Source: a virus (Duplodnaviria > Caudoviricetes). Taken from it: 38,099 nt of DNA. The notes beneath the pieces were generated by a model. The model had not been told where the DNA came from and ran no database searches. It was given only the letters and a program-made list of their open reading frames with translations. The DNA is taken from positions 1 through 38,099 of the IMG/VR virus record IMGVR_UViG_3300042807_000304, one strand, 5' to 3'. Position 1 is the first letter of the stretch. Each line of letters begins with the position of its first letter. Shown piece after piece: positions 35,603 through 38,099 of this stretch. The position numbers and the translations under genes are program-made.

Positions 35603-36525
35603 TCGGTGTCCGTCGCCTTCTCTTCATTGGTCTCCTCGATTATCACTGCGTCACTGACTTCAGAGTCGATTGTAACACCCTGAATGATCAAATCGGTCGA
35701 ACTCTCCAAGGCTTCAGGTGCAAGCCGTGCAAGCCGTTCGGCGATAATTTGCGCCGCAGGCCGTCCGTCAACAACCTTGGCTGTCACGTCGAACTCCTGG
35801 CCGCCACGGATTCCTGCACGGTCGAGGATCTCGGTGGAAGCCTTAAGCTTCACCGGTTCCGAGGCCGCGTTTAACATTAGGTCCTCAAGCATGTCAACCG
35901 CGTACGGTGCTGCCTGGGTAAGCTTTTGCCGTGCCCGTTCGATGTCCTCGCCTGGCCGCTTCTTAATACTTCTTAAGTGAACACGGCAGAGGCCGTCATC
36001 CTTAGGCCGTCCGCTACTCCAAAGCATGCATCGGAGGCCGTCGTCTTTCACGGCCCGACATCTGTGTGGAAGCGCCGTGGCCTTCTTGGTTTCCGTGGCT
36101 ACTGGCTCGTCTTGTTCCCGAACCCACATCTTGGTAGCACCAAGAACCCAAGGCGGAACGAGGTAGTCCGATGCCGACTCGGCTAGAAGTTCCAAACCGG
36201 TCAGGTAGTCTGAGTTTGGGCGGTCGCCGTCAACCATGATTGGTTTCTTCTCGGCTAGAGACAACATCCGTCTCTCAGTGGCCATCGCCTGTGACCGCGC
36301 CTGGATCAGGCCGGTCGGAACACCGTTGGTTGAGTAGACAGTATCCCAGCCCATCTTTGCACCGCGCAGGATCTTACGGTTCTCGAAGGTGTCCTCGCAG
36401 ACGCCGCGTTCGGCCTCAACGATTCCGAGCTCTGAAAGATCTGGCCGCAGGTTAACTGGGTCATCAATGCGGACCTCGGGGATCTCGTCCTCGGCGTCGC
36501 CAAATAGGTTTACGTCTGTACTCAT
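35599..36525 (-). CDS. Putative terminase small subunit / DNA-binding protein
   Basis: C..K..G.RC......LCRVH Zn motif followed by AAPYAVDML..L......VKLKASTEILDRAG, a helix pattern common in TerS-like proteins. Confidence 0.55.
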   Translation of the reverse strand: MSTDVNLFGDAEDEIPEVRIDDPVNLRPDLSELGIVEAERGVCEDTFENRKILRGAKMGWDTVYSTNGVPTGLIQARSQAMATERRMLSLAEKKPIMVDGDRPNSDYLTGLELLAESASDYLVPPWVLGATKMWVREQDEPVATETKKATALPHRCRAVKDDGLRCMLWSSGRPKDDGLCRVHLRSIKKRPGEDIERARQKLTQAAPYAVDMLEDLMLNAASEPVKLKASTEILDRAGIRGGQEFDVTAKVVDGRPAAQIIAERLARLAPEALESSTDLIIQGVTIDSEVSDAVIIEETNEEKATDTD

Positions 36526-36556
36526 GATGAGACTATAGTATCTTTAGAAATGAAAG

Positions 36557-36606
36557 GAGACGGACACCACATCTCCGGGGAGAGGACTGGATGCGGTGCC
36601 CGCCTC
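36557..36606 (-). terminator. 17 bp stem terminator with CU-rich loop CAGUCCUCUCCCCGGA
   Basis: gagacggacaccacatc/gatgcggtgcccgcctc; G-U pairs on minus; followed by CUUUCAUUUC. Confidence 0.75.
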
Positions 36607-36693
36607 GTTCTGACTCAAGTAACCATCACCTGCACGGGCGACGTCACTTGAAACTTAAAGCGTCGCTGTGTTGTGAGGTAGGTTAGGTTCGGT

Positions 36694-36942
36694 CTACTTC
36701 TTTTTCTTCGGGGCTGTCTTCTTAAGCGCCTCGGTTGCGATTGCCTGAGCAACGCGGCCGAAGGCTGGATCCTTCGAGTTTAGGAAGCGGATTGCCACCG
36801 GGACCACTGCCGCGATTCCAGCGTGAATAAGGACCACAGGGTCCGTTTCACCAGCTGTGTATAGAGCAATGACCGCCGCTAGGAAGCTGCGTCCCCAGGA
36901 GGCTGCCATAGCCTTGACCTGTGGTGTAAGTAGTTTATCCAT
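36694..36942 (-). CDS. Holin
   Basis: Two TM helices, SWGRSFLAA...RFLNSKDPAFG, basic tail; downstream of the M23 endolysin. Confidence 0.75.
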   Translation of the reverse strand: MDKLLTPQVKAMAASWGRSFLAAVIALYTAGETDPVVLIHAGIAAVVPVAIRFLNSKDPAFGRVAQAIATEALKKTAPKKKK

Positions 36943-36969
36943 GTTCTCTCCTCTTGCAGACACGTAGCC

Positions 36970-37097
36970 TGCGAGGACAACTGTATCGGGTGTTCTCCTA
37001 GGTGATCTCGGAAGTTTTTCACGAGAGTGGGGAGAACGGGCCAGGCTATGGTATCCTTAGAAACAGTTGGACCTGTCCGATTTAGGTTGTCCTCGCA
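36970..37097 (+). ncRNA. Putative structured RNA or nested inverted repeats between endolysin and holin
   Basis: 12 bp closing stem tgcgaggacaac/gttgtcctcgca with internal helices. Confidence 0.4.
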
Positions 37098-37117
37098 AAC
37101 TGCTTTGTTTTCTTAAT

Positions 37118-37804
37118 TTACTTTGTGATGTGTTTCCAGGTTGCTGGACCAACAATGCCGTCAGGTGTACCTAACGCCTTGTTTGCTTCCTGGGCAGCAA
37201 CGACCGCAGACTTGGTTGTCTCGTCATAAACGCCAGTCTGTGGTACACCTAGCTTCATCTGCATGAACTTGATGTAGTCACCTGAAGCGCCAGGACCAAA
37301 CGGCTTACCTGGGAACTTAGGATCTGGTCCCGATGGGACTCCAGTATCTCTCTTGTCTGGTTTGCTTGCCGCAACCTTCGCCGCAATGGTTGTCTTGACA
37401 CCCGACATAATCTGGGCTGGGTCAATGTCCTTGTTGGCGTACTTCCATGGGGATACTCTAGCTTCGAAATGAAGATGAGGTCCAGTCGAGTTTCCAGTGT
37501 TTCCAGACAAACCGATCTGCTGACCTTCGGTAACCTGTTGACCTGTCTTGACTTCTAGCTTGCTCAAGTGAGCATAGACTGCACGGATACCGTCTCCGTG
37601 GTCGATGATGATAGCGGTCCCGTAGGATCCGCCCCAAGTCACACCTGCTTTAGCCTCGAGGACTTTTCCGTCCTTGGCTGCGTAGATAGGTGTTCCTGTT
37701 GGAACTGCGAAATCAACTCCTGTGTGATAACCACAGCTCCAGTGTTTTCCCGGACGGCGATATACCGTCGTGATCTTGAACTTACTCGGGACTGGTGATG
37801 CCAT
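37118..37804 (-). CDS. M23 metallopeptidase endolysin with C-terminal PG-binding domain
   Basis: HTGVD, YAHLS, GNSTGPHLHFE; DGIVGPATW. Confidence 0.92.
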   Translation of the reverse strand: MASPVPSKFKITTVYRRPGKHWSCGYHTGVDFAVPTGTPIYAAKDGKVLEAKAGVTWGGSYGTAIIIDHGDGIRAVYAHLSKLEVKTGQQVTEGQQIGLSGNTGNSTGPHLHFEARVSPWKYANKDIDPAQIMSGVKTTIAAKVAASKPDKRDTGVPSGPDPKFPGKPFGPGASGDYIKFMQMKLGVPQTGVYDETTKSAVVAAQEANKALGTPDGIVGPATWKHITK

Positions 37805-37840
37805 AAAACCCTCCTTAGGTTTATGACAAGTAATCGTATT

Positions 37841-38099
37841 CTAGGAGTTCAGAGTTCGTTCTTCGCCGCGCAGGATATCCAGGGCTCGACGAGCGCCCAA
37901 TGTGTAGAGCGTATTGTCGTCCTCGATCTTGGCTTCCCACTCGGCAATCAACATCACGATCTCTCGCTCAATGTCGCCAGCCCAGTCATTAACCACCGTC
38001 TCGATTAGTCGCTCAATCATTGCGAACTTTAGCGGCCACTCTTCTTCAGGGGCTAGGGCTTTCATCGTCGAGATCAACTTGTCCTTCAGTAGGTCCCTC
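37841..38099 (-). CDS. Hypothetical protein, 5' end probably beyond window
   Basis: Frame open to the window edge (RDLLKDKLISTMKALAPEEEW...). Confidence 0.65.
   Translation of the reverse strand, partial: RDLLKDKLISTMKALAPEEEWPLKFAMIERLIETVVNDWAGDIEREIVMLIAEWEAKIEDDNTLYTLGARRALDILRGEERTLNS

Noticed and set aside
34-38008. Many plus-strand and alternate-frame ORFs in the track (e.g. 2446-3024, 4225-4998, 10098-10535, 25067-25555)
   Set aside because: They are antisense shadows of well-supported minus-strand genes, with no RBS and no motifs.

Overview
A 38 kb stretch of a large tailed dsDNA phage (Caudoviricetes), almost all on the minus strand. The host is probably an actinobacterium, inferred from the actinophage-type portal, a DUF1360-like gene, many leaderless-type starts and extended -10 promoters. 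Left (1-15.7 kb): packaging/head module with terminase large subunit, tRNA-Gln(CUG), portal, a DUF5824-like protein and a 2612 aa multi-domain protein. That protein carries an R-S-E ADP-ribosyltransferase, a PI3/4K/HipA-like kinase, a WYL-like domain, SH3-like barrels and a probable second, DarT-like ART domain. Middle (16.5-34.5 kb): about 50 mostly small accessory genes divided into cassettes by 21 copies of one extended -10 promoter (RCCTGWTATAATAG) coupled to an extended Shine-Dalgarno (ACGACGRAAGGA). This region also encodes a MoxR/CobS-like AAA+ and vWA pair, an HslV/proteasome-beta-like peptidase, WGR-like and ART-like genes, an SLT and an NlpC/P60. Right (34.6-38.1 kb): CHAP-like and M23 endolysins, a holin and a putative TerS. 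The most unusual signal is that several 3'-UTR hairpins display sequence complementary to the ribosome-binding leader of the gene they follow, or of other early genes, suggesting an RNA fold-back or antisense translational shut-off system. All calls are by eye; no database searches were run.
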